Assembly: GCA_050916045.1 (NCBI GenBank)
Contig: CP051526.1
Coordinates: 2,176,001-2,240,000, forward strand
DNA length: 64,000 nucleotides
Origin: Tepidisphaera sp.
GTDB lineage: Bacteria > Planctomycetota > Phycisphaerae > Phycisphaerales > UBA1924
Direction of reading: 5' to 3'
Shown here: positions 1 to 9,775 of the stretch, piece by piece
Numbering within the stretch: the stretch's first letter is position 1
Layout of the letters: the number at the start of each line of letters is the position of its first letter
Program-made: the position numbers and the translations under genes
Notes under the pieces: model-generated
What the model was told of the DNA's origin: nothing
What the model saw: the letters and a program-made list of their open reading frames with translations, nothing else
Databases searched by the model: none

Positions 1-3000
1 CCGATCGCCTCGCTTTCCGCGAGTTGATCGGTTGGGACGAGCTCTCCGACGACGCCCAGGAAGATCTGTGGGATGCGTTGGTCGGGCCCGACCAGCTCGA
101 CGACGGACACGGCAAGGCGCAGATCCGGCCGAGCCTTCGAGAATCAGGCGAGTTTGATCCGCGCGGGGGAGACTTCGGCGATCGGGGTATCCCGCTGGTG
201 ACCCTCTCGTGGCTCTATACGCCGAGTCTGGCTGGGACGGCTCGGCGTCGCGTGTACGACATGGTGCTGAACTACGAGGGTGATGTGGTGCTCGCGGGCG
301 GGCTTGATGGTGCGGAGGGGTTCCGCGTCGTCGAGATCGACGGCACCGCCGACGCGACGCAGGGGTGGACGCAGAACTGGGCGCAGGAGTACGACCGCCC
401 CAACACGACCACGCCGGGGTGGTACGCCGTCGCGACGGACCTCTTGGGCAACACCTACGCGGCGGGTTTCTCGGGTCGAGGGACGTACCCGTTCGAGAAG
501 TACAACGGCGCGACCGGGAATTACAACACTCTGAGCGAGTTCAACTACAGCGCGAGCACGCAGACGACGGGCACCGCGGTCAGCGACATGGCGGTGGACC
601 CCGAGGGAATGATCTATGTGTGCGGGAGTTCGCTGGACGCGTCGGGGCGGACGCGCTGGTTTGTCGCGCGGCACGACCCACGCAACGCCGGGTTTAGCCA
701 GAACTGGATCACCTACATCCCCGCAGAGGGGAGGCCAGACGGCGGCATCAAGATCAATCGGTTCGGGGAGGTCTTCGTCGCCGGTTCGCTCGGCGTGCCG
801 GGTTCCAACCTTGGCGACTTCGCGGTTGTCCGGCTCAACCCGATCGACGGGGTCGTCGAGTGGACCTTCACCGATCCGACGCCGGTGAACGACTCGGCGC
901 TGGCGCTCGAACTCGACTTCGCCGGCAACCCGCACGTCACCGGCAGCAGCGGCGGCACGACCAGAACCTTGAAGATCGATCGCGTGACGGGAGCGCTGAC
1001 CTGGCGGTCCATCTACGCCACCGGCGGTTCGATGGACCTTAAGGTCGATGACGCGGGCAATGTCTATGTCGTCGGGCGGGAGCCGTCGCCCAGAACCATC
1101 CGCACGATCAAGTACAACGCCGCAGGCACGCAGTTGTGGACCAGCGGCTACGGCACCACAGGCACCGGCGACATTCGCGTCGCACTCGACTGGATCGGAA
1201 ACCCATACGTCACCAGCGTGTATGGTGGAAGCGTGCGGGGGATTGATACGCAGAAACTCAATCCGGCGACCGGCGCCATCGTGTGGCAGCAGGCGGTCAT
1301 CCCCAACTTCGATAACAACGAAGTGACCGACTCGGCGACCATCGCGGGCATCGTGGTCGACGCCGGCGGCAGTGTGTACGTCAGCGGCGACCGGTTCGGC
1401 GTCCGCTCCGGGCAGGCCGGCGGGCAGATGTACTGCATCCGCTACGAGCAGCCTTACGTCTCGATCCCGCAGATCGCCAGGTCGTACCCGGTTGTGAAGA
1501 TCGAGGGGAACAGCCTCTGGTCGCCCGCGAATCCTGATGGACCCGGGTTCGGATTCGCCAACCAGTCCTTCAACCTCTTCTCGTTCAATGTCGGAGCACT
1601 TCTGGGCAACCTGGACGCCAGCACGCAGGCGGAGATCGACTACGGGATCGGCACGGCGGGCGGCGGGCTTGACATCAACATCTCCAACACCATCTTCAGC
1701 GTCGCGTTCGAGACTGAAGCAACCGGCGGGTCGTACGACGCGACCGCGACCGGCGAACTCGCCATCGCGATCCCGGGTGAGGAAGAACTGAACGTCGGGC
1801 AGCCGTTCGACATCGTGATGAACTTCGACCCCGACGCGGCGGGCATGGAACTGATCACCAACGCCAGGCCCGCTCTCAAAGCCGGGCTTGTCGCAAGAGC
1901 CCGGGCGAACATGGATTTCAGCGTGTTCGGGCGGGATTCCGTGCTTGAGGCGTTCGGAGCGCCCAACCCGTTCTTTGATGTCGGGTTCGAGGGCCGCAAC
2001 ATCGACATGAACCAGACCATCATCGGTCTGGATGCGCTCCCGATCCCCCCGGGGGGAACGTGGCTGGATCTCGGCGTGGTCCCCGTCGTCGGCAACTATG
2101 TGGGCGGCCGGGTGCGCTTTCCCGACCTGGGCACCGAGGGGTACTTCACCGAGGCTTCCGCAGGCCCCACGCTCTCAAGCCGTCTTTCCGAGACGTTCTT
2201 TGAAGCGAACGTTTCGGTGACGAATCTGCTGTCGCAGATCGCGATCGGAGTGCCGCTTTCCGCCGGGTACGGCTCGCCCGCAGGCAACAACGACTTTGAT
2301 GCGAGCGTCGAGATCGGCATCCTGCAAGCGTATCTCGAGGGCAACATCAAGCTCGAGCAGGATCTTGACCTGGTCATGCGCCCCTACGTGGATTTGAACT
2401 TCGACGACGCTTCGGTCCCCGACACGCGCGTCTACCTCGAGAGAGTCGATGAGGGTGGCGGGCGGTTCAGCTACCAGGCGACCCACACGGTCGGCGCGCT
2501 TCCCGCCGAAGCCAATCTGCAGATCACGCCGACTTTCGGGATGCGGGCGTCCCTGCAGAACCGAACGGGGTTCCGGTTCGGCGCGTTCGCCGGGTTTGAT
2601 CCTCTCAGGATCTCCGCGGCACTCGAGATCGTCGGTGTTGACATCATCGATCTGGACTTCAAGCCAGGCTCGCTCCGCCAGGACTTGCTTGCGGCGATGA
2701 AGCCCAACGTGCAGAGTGCCCTCAACGGCGGGCGGGTCAACGTCCTCAACACCACCTCGCCCGAGTTTGATTTCCCCAACGAGGCCGAACTCCCGGCGAT
2801 CCAGGTTGCGGCGAGCTCGACCAACAACCTCCCCCAGCTCATCGGCAGCAGCCGGGCGAGCGCCCGCATGCTGATGTACGACCAGCGGACGCCCACGCTC
2901 GCGGAATTCAACGATATGGCGTCGGGCACCGAGCCCATGATCCTCTACGGGCGCAAGTTCTTCACCGGCGTCGGTGGCAACCGTGTCCGCATCCGCCACC

Positions 3001-4316
3001 ACGGGCGGACCGAGGCACTGGTGGCCACGCGCCTCAACGATCAGGCGCTCCTCGTGCAGATCCCCCGCCGGTTCTTCCTGCTTCCCGGCATTGCTCGAAT
3101 CTGGGTCTTCAACAACAACGGACGCTCAGAAACAATCGACCTCGCCATCGAGCACCCCATGCCGAACTTCCAGGGCATTCAGGAGACCATTTGGGCGGGC
3201 GACCCGAGGTGGCTCACCGACCCGGTCATCGCCGTCGACGGCGGGACGCCCGCGGGCAACGACTCGTTCATCACTCGCCGCGATTACTACACCTACCTCC
3301 GCACGAATCTCTGGAATCCCGCGATCATGGACGGGGCGAGCGACCCCAACATGTCCGCAACGGCGTATTTCCCCAGCTTCAGGCCGTGGGAAGTCTCCGG
3401 TCAGAACTGTCCTCCCGGCTTCCCCTCGCTTGTCGTCGATGGCGTGGCGCTCGAGCGTCAACGCCCGGTGATCAACGACGGGTACTTCCGCTCTCGCATG
3501 CAGCAGGGGCTCTACGCCTCACCGGGGTTTCTCACGATGCAGCTCGTCAACCCGGGCCCGGGCGGCGGCCCCAGCCGCACCCTCACCATCGAGGTGCCCG
3601 CGCCCAAGCCCGTCCTTCAGACGCTCAGTCCGTCCATCGTCCCCCCGGGCTCGGTGGCCGCGGGCGAAGAACTTCGCATCGTGGTAACGGGCCCGGAGAG
3701 CGTGCCCTACTTCGCCGGTTATGAGAGCCCCAAGTTCGGCAACTTCACTCCCGAGTCCGTGGTCCAACTCAACGGGACCAACCTCCGCACCGAGTTCGTG
3801 AGTTCCTCCCAGCTCGCCGCCTACATCCCCGCCGCGAGCCTCACCACCTACGGGGCGCGCCGCATCACCGTCTCCACCCCCTCCAACGGCACCGACTACA
3901 CCGAGCAGCTCCGCAGCGGTAGCGGAACCCTCTCGAGCCCGGTTCAAGTCGCCAGCGGCGGGGTTTCCGTTCCCCTCACGCTCAACATCACTTGGCCCCG
4001 CCCGACCATCACGGGCGTCAGCAACAGGACGATGACCGTCAATGAGCCCCCGCTCTTCCCCGAAACGGTCAACGGCCAGACCCCGCCCGACTCGCACAAC
4101 TTCACCATTCTCGGTTCCAACTTCGCCCCCGGAGCCAGGGTCTACTGGGACGGCATCCAGATCCCCGCGACCCGCGACAGCGCGGGCCTCATCCGCGCCA
4201 CCGTCGGTCCGGCACAGGTCGCTCGACTCGGCGCCGCCCGCCTTCAGGTCGGCAACCCAGCCTCCGGCGGCTCGGGCCGCCCATCCAACATCTACTCGGT
4301 CCAGATCGCCCCGTGA
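1..4316 (+). CDS. Large, probably secreted protein with N-terminal SBBP-like beta-propeller repeats and C-terminal IPT/TIG (Ig-like) domains; 5' partial
   Basis: The frame is open back to the window edge (DRLAFRELIGW). Repeated 'D..GN.YV.G' blades (DLLGNTYAAG, DDAGNVYVVG, DWIGNPYVTS, DAGGSVYVSG). TIG-like segments (TILGSNFAPGARVYWDG, TEFVSSSQLAAYIPA). Confidence 0.75.
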   Translation, partial: DRLAFRELIGWDELSDDAQEDLWDALVGPDQLDDGHGKAQIRPSLRESGEFDPRGGDFGDRGIPLVTLSWLYTPSLAGTARRRVYDMVLNYEGDVVLAGGLDGAEGFRVVEIDGTADATQGWTQNWAQEYDRPNTTTPGWYAVATDLLGNTYAAGFSGRGTYPFEKYNGATGNYNTLSEFNYSASTQTTGTAVSDMAVDPEGMIYVCGSSLDASGRTRWFVARHDPRNAGFSQNWITYIPAEGRPDGGIKINRFGEVFVAGSLGVPGSNLGDFAVVRLNPIDGVVEWTFTDPTPVNDSALALELDFAGNPHVTGSSGGTTRTLKIDRVTGALTWRSIYATGGSMDLKVDDAGNVYVVGREPSPRTIRTIKYNAAGTQLWTSGYGTTGTGDIRVALDWIGNPYVTSVYGGSVRGIDTQKLNPATGAIVWQQAVIPNFDNNEVTDSATIAGIVVDAGGSVYVSGDRFGVRSGQAGGQMYCIRYEQPYVSIPQIARSYPVVKIEGNSLWSPANPDGPGFGFANQSFNLFSFNVGALLGNLDASTQAEIDYGIGTAGGGLDINISNTIFSVAFETEATGGSYDATATGELAIAIPGEEELNVGQPFDIVMNFDPDAAGMELITNARPALKAGLVARARANMDFSVFGRDSVLEAFGAPNPFFDVGFEGRNIDMNQTIIGLDALPIPPGGTWLDLGVVPVVGNYVGGRVRFPDLGTEGYFTEASAGPTLSSRLSETFFEANVSVTNLLSQIAIGVPLSAGYGSPAGNNDFDASVEIGILQAYLEGNIKLEQDLDLVMRPYVDLNFDDASVPDTRVYLERVDEGGGRFSYQATHTVGALPAEANLQITPTFGMRASLQNRTGFRFGAFAGFDPLRISAALEIVGVDIIDLDFKPGSLRQDLLAAMKPNVQSALNGGRVNVLNTTSPEFDFPNEAELPAIQVAASSTNNLPQLIGSSRASARMLMYDQRTPTLAEFNDMASGTEPMILYGRKFFTGVGGNRVRIRHHGRTEALVATRLNDQALLVQIPRRFFLLPGIARIWVFNNNGRSETIDLAIEHPMPNFQGIQETIWAGDPRWLTDPVIAVDGGTPAGNDSFITRRDYYTYLRTNLWNPAIMDGASDPNMSATAYFPSFRPWEVSGQNCPPGFPSLVVDGVALERQRPVINDGYFRSRMQQGLYASPGFLTMQLVNPGPGGGPSRTLTIEVPAPKPVLQTLSPSIVPPGSVAAGEELRIVVTGPESVPYFAGYESPKFGNFTPESVVQLNGTNLRTEFVSSSQLAAYIPAASLTTYGARRITVSTPSNGTDYTEQLRSGSGTLSSPVQVASGGVSVPLTLNITWPRPTITGVSNRTMTVNEPPLFPETVNGQTPPDSHNFTILGSNFAPGARVYWDGIQIPATRDSAGLIRATVGPAQVARLGAARLQVGNPASGGSGRPSNIYSVQIAP

Positions 4317-4359
4317 ATTGCCCCTACCTGAGTCCATGACCCCAGCCCGACACCAAACC

Positions 4360-4391
4360 CGCCCGGGCGGCCTTCCGCCCGGGCGCTTGTT
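4360..4391 (+). terminator. Probable intrinsic terminator
   Basis: Perfect 11-bp stem CGCCCGGGCGG-cctt-CCGCCCGGGCG followed by CTTGTT, 43 nt after the stop at 4316. Confidence 0.6.
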
Positions 4392-4566
4392 GGAGGACGC
4401 CGTGAAGACCCTGTCCCAGGCCCCTCGGCCCGCCATCCAAGCCGCCCCCCGTGCCATTCCGAAATCAGGACAAACTGAGTATGCTGCCTCCCGGAGACGG
4501 AGGACCCCGGCGGCACGAGTACACCGCGCAGGCGAGGGAAGCCGTCCCTGTGCCCGGGAGGCGTCC

Positions 4567-5175
4567 GTGACGATCCAACCTGTTCCCACGGGAAGCAGAC
4601 CGACCGACCACGAGGTTCAGTCGTTGCTCTCCGCAGTCCGCGGCGGCGAGCAGACCGCCGGACTCCCCGCCTCGCCCGAGTTGCTCGAACAGGCCTACCA
4701 GGAACTTCGCGCCCTTGCGGGTTCCTACTTCAGGGCACAAAGACCCGACCACACCCTTCAACCCACCGCGCTCGTTCACGAGGCGTTCCTCAAGATCACA
4801 AGCGGCCGTCCCTCGACATGGGAAACCCAGGCCCATTTCGTCTCCGTGGCGGCGATGGCGATGCGACAAATCCTCATCGACCACTCGAGGGCGAGACTGG
4901 CCGACAAGCGAGGGGGCGGCGCGGCACGCGAGAGCCTCACCGATATCGCCGGCGGCGAACTGATCGTCATTGATCCGCTGGAGTTTGAGGACCGGCTTAC
5001 ACGCCTCGCCGAGGTGGACGAGAGGCAGGCCCGCGTCGTCGAGCTGCGGTTCTTCCTGGGCCTCAGCATCCCCGAGGCCGCTCGGGTACTCGGCGTGAGC
5101 GACAAAACCGTCGAGATGGACTGGCGGGTCGCCCGGGCCTGGCTCCGGCGCGAACTGGGAGGGACGCGTCCATGA
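4567..5175 (+). CDS. ECF sigma-70 factor of the kinase-associated planctomycete type
   Basis: Motifs YQELRALAGSY, HTLQPTALVHEAFLK, MRQILIDHSR, ARVVELRFFLGLS, VEMDWRVARAWL. GTG start at 4567 after GGAGG. ATGA overlap with the kinase. Confidence 0.9.
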   Translation: MTIQPVPTGSRPTDHEVQSLLSAVRGGEQTAGLPASPELLEQAYQELRALAGSYFRAQRPDHTLQPTALVHEAFLKITSGRPSTWETQAHFVSVAAMAMRQILIDHSRARLADKRGGGAARESLTDIAGGELIVIDPLEFEDRLTRLAEVDERQARVVELRFFLGLSIPEAARVLGVSDKTVEMDWRVARAWLRRELGGTRP

Positions 5176-7400
5176 TCTCAAGACCCCCCAAGACCAAGAT
5201 CCGCGAGATCTTTGCCGGCGCCTGCGACCTCACCGATGCCGATCGCTCGCGGTACCTGGACAATGCGTGCGGCGGGGACGACATGGTGCGGGCCGAGGTC
5301 GAGTCTCTGCTCGCGCTCGACCGCGCTGAGGGCGGCATTCTCGCGGAGCCGGATCTCGCCTCCGGACGCGGCCTCGGCGATTCCTTCACGCTCCCTTTGC
5401 ACGAAAGCCCCGCGCCCGAACGAATCGGCAGGTTCAAGTTGATCCGCAGGCTCGGCATGGGCGGCATGGCTGAGGTCTACGAAGCCGAGCAAGACGACCC
5501 CGCACGCCTGGTGGCCCTGAAGATCATCGATCTCGCCGCCGTGTCACCGGGGATGAGCGCACGGTTTGAGCGTGAGGGGCAGATTCAGGCCTCGCTCCAC
5601 CACACCGGCATCGCGCAGGTCTTCGAAGCCGGCGTGCATCAGCAGGGCCGCAGACAGATCCGGTTCTTCGCGATGGAACTCGTGACCGGAAGGCCCATCA
5701 CCGAGCACGTGACGCGCGAGAAGCTGACCACGCAGGACCGCCTTGCGCTGTTCCTCCGTGTGTGCGACGCCGTCGGCTTCGCCCACCAGAACGGCATCAT
5801 CCACCGCGATCTCAAGCCATCCAATATTCTCGTGGCGATGGACCGCGGCGTCGCTCAGCCCCGCGTGCTGGACTTCGGCATCGCCAAGAGGACCACGCCG
5901 GGCCTCAACGACGCGACGATCTGCGAGGGGGGGCACACCTCGCCGGGGCAACTCATCGGTACTCTTTCGTACATGAGCCCCGAGCAGATCACAGGGGCAG
6001 CCGAGGCGGTTGATACCCGTGCGGACATCTACGCGCTGGGACTTATCCTGTTCGAGATGCTCACCGGCAAGCCGGCGCTCGCGGTCTCGGGGCTCTCGCT
6101 GGTTGACGCCGCACGCCGGATCGTCGAGGACGCGCCCGTGCGGCTCGGCTCCCTCGTACCGTCCCTTCGCGGCGACCTCGAGACGATCGTCAGCAAGGCC
6201 ATCTCCAAGGACAAGGCTCGCCGGTACGACTCGGTCTCCGAGTTTGCCGCTGATATCCGCCGCTACCTCGATCAGCAGCCCATCACCGCACGCCCCGCGA
6301 CCGCCATCTATCAGTTCCGCAAGTTCGCCGGCCGCAACCGCGCGCTCGTCGTGACGGCGGCCCTCGGCGCGGTGGTCCTTGCCGCCGGCGTGGTCGCGAC
6401 CGGGATGCAGGCCCGAGCCGCCACCATCGCCCGCGACGACGAACGCGAGGTCAGCGCGAGGTATCAGTTGCTCGCCGAGGAGGCCCAGCGTCTCGCCGAT
6501 CGCTCTCGAAAGGACGCTGAGATCTCGCGGGCCGTCGCCGAGTCGCTGCGGGACGTGTTCTACCTCGCGACCCCGCTGCGGTCGCAGGGGAAGGACCCAA
6601 CCCTCCGGCAAGCAATCGACCTCGCGGCTGACCGGTTCGGGAAAGGAGACGAGATTCCTCCCGAAGCCGAAGCGATCGTGCGCAACGTGTTCGGAATTGT
6701 CTTCCGCGACTTCAGCGAGTTCGACAAGGCACAGGCCCAGTTCTCCGCCGCCCTGGAGATCCGCCAGCGCGTCCTCCCGCCGGACCACGCCGACATCGGC
6801 GAGGTCCGACAGAACATCGGCGTCAATCTCAGCCAAGCGGGAAAGCCCGAGCAAGGGGTCGAGCATCTGATCGAGGCCCTCCGCATCCAGAAGGCCGCCC
6901 TGGGAGCCGAAAGCCCCAAAGTCGCGCAGGCGACGTACAACCTCGGACGCACGATGCTCCGGCTGAAGCGGTTCCAGGAGTCTCGCGCCCTGCTGCTGGA
7001 TTCGCTCGAAATCCATCGCCGGATCGAACCGGACAAGAAGGCGCACATCGCGTATCACCTCAGCACACTCTCTGGCGTTGAGCGAGCCCTCAACAACGCG
7101 GATGCGGCCGAGCGGTACGCCATCGAAGGGCTCGAAGTGATGCGGGCGAGCGTCCAGCCGGGCAATCTGGCGATCGCAACCTCGTTGTACGAGGTCGCCG
7201 CGGCACGCATGATGCGAAACGACTTCGCAGGTGCGGACGAGCCCTCTCGAGAAGCCTTTGGCATCGCCTTTGATGTTCTCGGCTCGAACCCCGCCCACGT
7301 CACGCTCGCCGCGATCCGCGACCAACGCCTCACGATCCTCGACGCCCTTGGACTGAACGATCAAGCCGCGACGGTCAGAGCAACCGTGCCGCCACGCTGA
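5172..7400 (+). CDS. Hanks-type Ser/Thr protein kinase with a TM helix and C-terminal TPR repeats
   Basis: LGMGGMAEVY, VALK, HRDLKPSN, DFG, GTLSYMSPEQ, DIYALG. TM segment ALVVTAALGAVVLAAGVVA, then TPR-like helices. Confidence 0.93.
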   Translation: MISRPPKTKIREIFAGACDLTDADRSRYLDNACGGDDMVRAEVESLLALDRAEGGILAEPDLASGRGLGDSFTLPLHESPAPERIGRFKLIRRLGMGGMAEVYEAEQDDPARLVALKIIDLAAVSPGMSARFEREGQIQASLHHTGIAQVFEAGVHQQGRRQIRFFAMELVTGRPITEHVTREKLTTQDRLALFLRVCDAVGFAHQNGIIHRDLKPSNILVAMDRGVAQPRVLDFGIAKRTTPGLNDATICEGGHTSPGQLIGTLSYMSPEQITGAAEAVDTRADIYALGLILFEMLTGKPALAVSGLSLVDAARRIVEDAPVRLGSLVPSLRGDLETIVSKAISKDKARRYDSVSEFAADIRRYLDQQPITARPATAIYQFRKFAGRNRALVVTAALGAVVLAAGVVATGMQARAATIARDDEREVSARYQLLAEEAQRLADRSRKDAEISRAVAESLRDVFYLATPLRSQGKDPTLRQAIDLAADRFGKGDEIPPEAEAIVRNVFGIVFRDFSEFDKAQAQFSAALEIRQRVLPPDHADIGEVRQNIGVNLSQAGKPEQGVEHLIEALRIQKAALGAESPKVAQATYNLGRTMLRLKRFQESRALLLDSLEIHRRIEPDKKAHIAYHLSTLSGVERALNNADAAERYAIEGLEVMRASVQPGNLAIATSLYEVAAARMMRNDFAGADEPSREAFGIAFDVLGSNPAHVTLAAIRDQRLTILDALGLNDQAATVRATVPPR

Positions 7401-7539
7401 CGCTTGCCTGCCGACTATTCGGAATGCCACGAAAGGTCCGGCAAACAGCTCGACCTGATGTGTACAAACGCCGGCATCACCTCAACCCATCCCGCTCAGC
7501 CGCAGGCCTCGCACGTCCGGGTGAAATCTCCAGAACAGC

Positions 7540-7565
7540 CCCGCCCGGACGTTCGTCCGGGCGGG
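7540..7565. terminator. GC hairpin, probably the original tRNA-Ala terminator (possibly bidirectional)
   Basis: CCCGCCCGGAC-gttc-GTCCGGGCGGG (11-bp stem) lies just downstream, on the minus strand, of the displaced tRNA 3' fragment. Confidence 0.6.
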
Positions 7566-7576
7566 TGTCGTTTGAA

Positions 7577-7622
7577 AATGGAGCGGAAGAGACTCGAACT
7601 CTCAACCCCTAGCTTGCAAAGC
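7577..7622 (-). repeat. att site: displaced 3' part of tRNA-Ala (46-bp direct repeat)
   Basis: AATGGAGCGGAAGAGACTCGAACTCTCAACCCCTAGCTTGCAAAGC is identical to 37632-37677. Identity ends in the anticodon arm. Confidence 0.97.
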
Positions 7623-7823
7623 AACGAGCCCAGTGCGGAAACGCCTACAAATACAGGCTCAAACGCACTTCCCAAAACTGCCCACAGCTTGACGCACAGC
7701 CTATCGCCCGTCAGGCCCGCCGACGCCGATCTCACCCGCCTGATCGACGCCTGGCCGACCCTCCCCCCACCGCTCCGAGCGGGCATCCTCGCGATGATCG
7801 CCGTCGCCGGGGGTGCTCTGTGA
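7623..7823 (+). other. Detached 66-codon C-terminal segment of the integrase, in frame after excision
   Basis: The att core reads MERKRLELSTPSLQS in the integrase frame at both ends. Here the frame continues to ...DADLTRLIDAWPTLPPPLRAGILAMIAVAGGAL* and ends in a GTGA overlap with the ORF at 7820. Confidence 0.7.
7681..7705 (+). promoter_or_regulatory. Putative integrase arm-type binding sites (tandem CACAGCYT)
   Basis: CCCACAGCTTGACGCACAGCCTATC matches 37482-37506 at 22/25 positions. Confidence 0.7.
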
Positions 7824-8587
7824 GCCCGATGGAGGACACCCTCGCCCGTCTCCGGGCGCTCGCCGCTGCGAAGCGGGCGGATGCTTGGGAGAAGGGCCGA
7901 CCTCGCCAACGCGCCGCCGACAAGCGGAGACGGCTCGCGAAGGCGGAAGCCGCCTATCTGGCGATGCCGAGGCTCTTGGATGGGGTCGGGGTGGCCGGGC
8001 GGTCGGCGAGGCTCCAGGACGGCTCGTCGGGCCCGTGCGCGGCGAACGCGGGAGGCAAGGCTTTCCCGCGAGCGGGCGCGACCGGCTCCGGACAAAGGAC
8101 CCCCAATCCCCCCGGAGAGAAACTGGACAAGCGGACGCGCGGCGGGCGAAATCCCCTCGGACTTCCCCCATTCGTGAATCCTAGACCGCCGACGCCCGCT
8201 CCCGGACGCGAACCCTTCGACACGCTCTTCACCGACCTCCGCCACTTGCGCGGCGATCTCCGCATGGTTCGGACGGCGATCCGCGAGGACCGGGTGCCGA
8301 TGGAGACGCGGGCGGCGCTCATCGACAAGTTGCTTTCGATCCTGGACCTTCAGCCCGAGATTGAGCGTGCCAAAGGCTCGCACCGCGCCGCTTGGGCCCT
8401 GATCCGCGCCGCCCAGTGTTTGGTCGATGGGGTCGGGATGGACCAGCGGGAGGAGTTTCGGGAGTATCGGCGGGAGCACGGTTTGGGGTCACGAGGACCG
8501 ATGCCAGCCAAGGACCGTGACGTACCACGCTCCGTCACCTATCCATCCTCGGACCCGGCTCTCTCTAGCGCCCTCCGTCGAGCTTGA
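7820..8587 (+). CDS. Hypothetical protein at the island left end
   Basis: 255-aa ORF whose GTG start overlaps the preceding stop. Helical segments around a Pro/Gly-rich middle. No family recognised. Confidence 0.5.
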   Translation: MSPMEDTLARLRALAAAKRADAWEKGRPRQRAADKRRRLAKAEAAYLAMPRLLDGVGVAGRSARLQDGSSGPCAANAGGKAFPRAGATGSGQRTPNPPGEKLDKRTRGGRNPLGLPPFVNPRPPTPAPGREPFDTLFTDLRHLRGDLRMVRTAIREDRVPMETRAALIDKLLSILDLQPEIERAKGSHRAAWALIRAAQCLVDGVGMDQREEFREYRREHGLGSRGPMPAKDRDVPRSVTYPSSDPALSSALRRA

Positions 8588-9197
8588 CGAGTTGCAGTCG
8601 CGCCCAGTCCTTCCACGCATCGGACTCGCCGCGCATGGCGATCTCGGAGAGGTTGGCACGGAGTTCGGCGCGGGCTTCGGGGGTGCGTCCGCCTGAGGGC
8701 GAACCGGCCATGGCGGTCTTCGGGCGGTCGGGGTGCATGAGTTCGAGGCGGGCGAGTTGCTGGAGGCTTGCGATGTGGCCGGGGTGGATCTGCAGCGCCG
8801 TCCGCACATGGTCGGTCGCTTGGTCGTATCGGCCCGCCGACTCCAGCGTAAGTGAGAGGTTGAGGCGCGGGTCGGGGTGGCCGGGCAGGAGCTTGCGGGC
8901 CCACTCGAACTCGCCAGCGGCTTCGTAGAGCTTGTTCTGCTTGAGGAACAGCACGCCGAGGTTGTTGTGGGCGGGCCCATGGTAAAGGTCGGCCGCGAGC
9001 GCTTCACGGAGGAGCTTCTCGGCTTTTTCGATGTCCTCGGCCATGAGCGCGGCGGCCTGCTGGTTGAGGGCGTCGGCTTTGGAGGTGTCGCGTCGCTCGG
9101 GCTCAAGCGGCGAGTACGCGGTGTTCGGCCCGGACCGGCACGAGGCGAGCGCGGCGAAGGGCACAAGCAGGGCAAGAGCGAGCAGGCGGGTTCGCAT
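8565..9197 (-). CDS. TPR lipoprotein, PilF/PilW/Tgl pilotin-like
   Basis: Lipoprotein signal MRTRLLALALLVPFAALASC. TPRs (AHNNLGVLFLKQNKLYEAAGEF, PRLNLSLTLESAGRYDQA). Last gene of the secretin operon. Confidence 0.75.
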   Translation of the reverse strand: MRTRLLALALLVPFAALASCRSGPNTAYSPLEPERRDTSKADALNQQAAALMAEDIEKAEKLLREALAADLYHGPAHNNLGVLFLKQNKLYEAAGEFEWARKLLPGHPDPRLNLSLTLESAGRYDQATDHVRTALQIHPGHIASLQQLARLELMHPDRPKTAMAGSPSGGRTPEARAELRANLSEIAMRGESDAWKDWARLQLVKLDGGR

Positions 9198-9217
9198 GGG
9201 AGATCCTTGCGGGTCGA

Positions 9218-9775
9218 TCAGGGGGCGGGCGAGGGAATTGCTTTGGGGGACGCGGGAGAGGCGAGGTACGTCGTGGCGAGCGTGAGACGGGCTTCGTAGG
9301 TCGAGTTCGTGTCCGCCTCCCCGTTGGCGTGCGAGCAGTCGATCCGGGTCACGATCCACGCGGGTTCGGCTTCACGCCACGCGGCGAGGAACTGGCCGAG
9401 CTGACGCGCCGTGATCGGAGCGAGCGAGACGGTGATGTTCTGGCGACGGTACGAAGGGCCGGTCGGGTCGCTTGACGGCACCGCTTCGTCCGAGCCCGGG
9501 TTCACGGCGCGGAGGGACGCTTCGCCGACGCCCGCTATGGCGAGGGCGGCGCGGAGGGATGCGCTCACGCTCTCGGTGGGCTTGGACGCGAGGAGAGCGG
9601 TCTGCCGCTGTGGCTGGAGGCGCTGGATCTCGGCGAGCTGCTGCGAGAAGGCGACCGCTTGGGTGCGGGCGTGGGTCGCGTCGGAAGACGCCGAAGCAGC
9701 CCGCCACGCAGAGAACCCCGCTCCGCAGATGGCGATCGCAGCGACCGCGCGGACCATGACGAGGGCAGCGGTCAT
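9218..9775 (-). CDS. T2SS GspM-like bitopic membrane protein
   Basis: N-terminal TM, coiled coil, then a ferredoxin-like C-terminus (RQNITVSLAPITARQLGQFLAAW...IVTRID). ATGA overlap with the upstream gene. Confidence 0.6.
   Translation of the reverse strand: MTAALVMVRAVAAIAICGAGFSAWRAASASSDATHARTQAVAFSQQLAEIQRLQPQRQTALLASKPTESVSASLRAALAIAGVGEASLRAVNPGSDEAVPSSDPTGPSYRRQNITVSLAPITARQLGQFLAAWREAEPAWIVTRIDCSHANGEADTNSTYEARLTLATTYLASPASPKAIPSPAP

Noticed and set aside
7404..7576. 5' part of the 139-aa ORF 7404-7823 as a standalone gene
   Set aside because: It crosses a terminator hairpin and the att junction. Only the part after the core is explained, as the integrase tail.
7577..7622. Second tRNA-Ala gene
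   Set aside because: It lacks the 5' acceptor strand and D-arm, so it is an att fragment.
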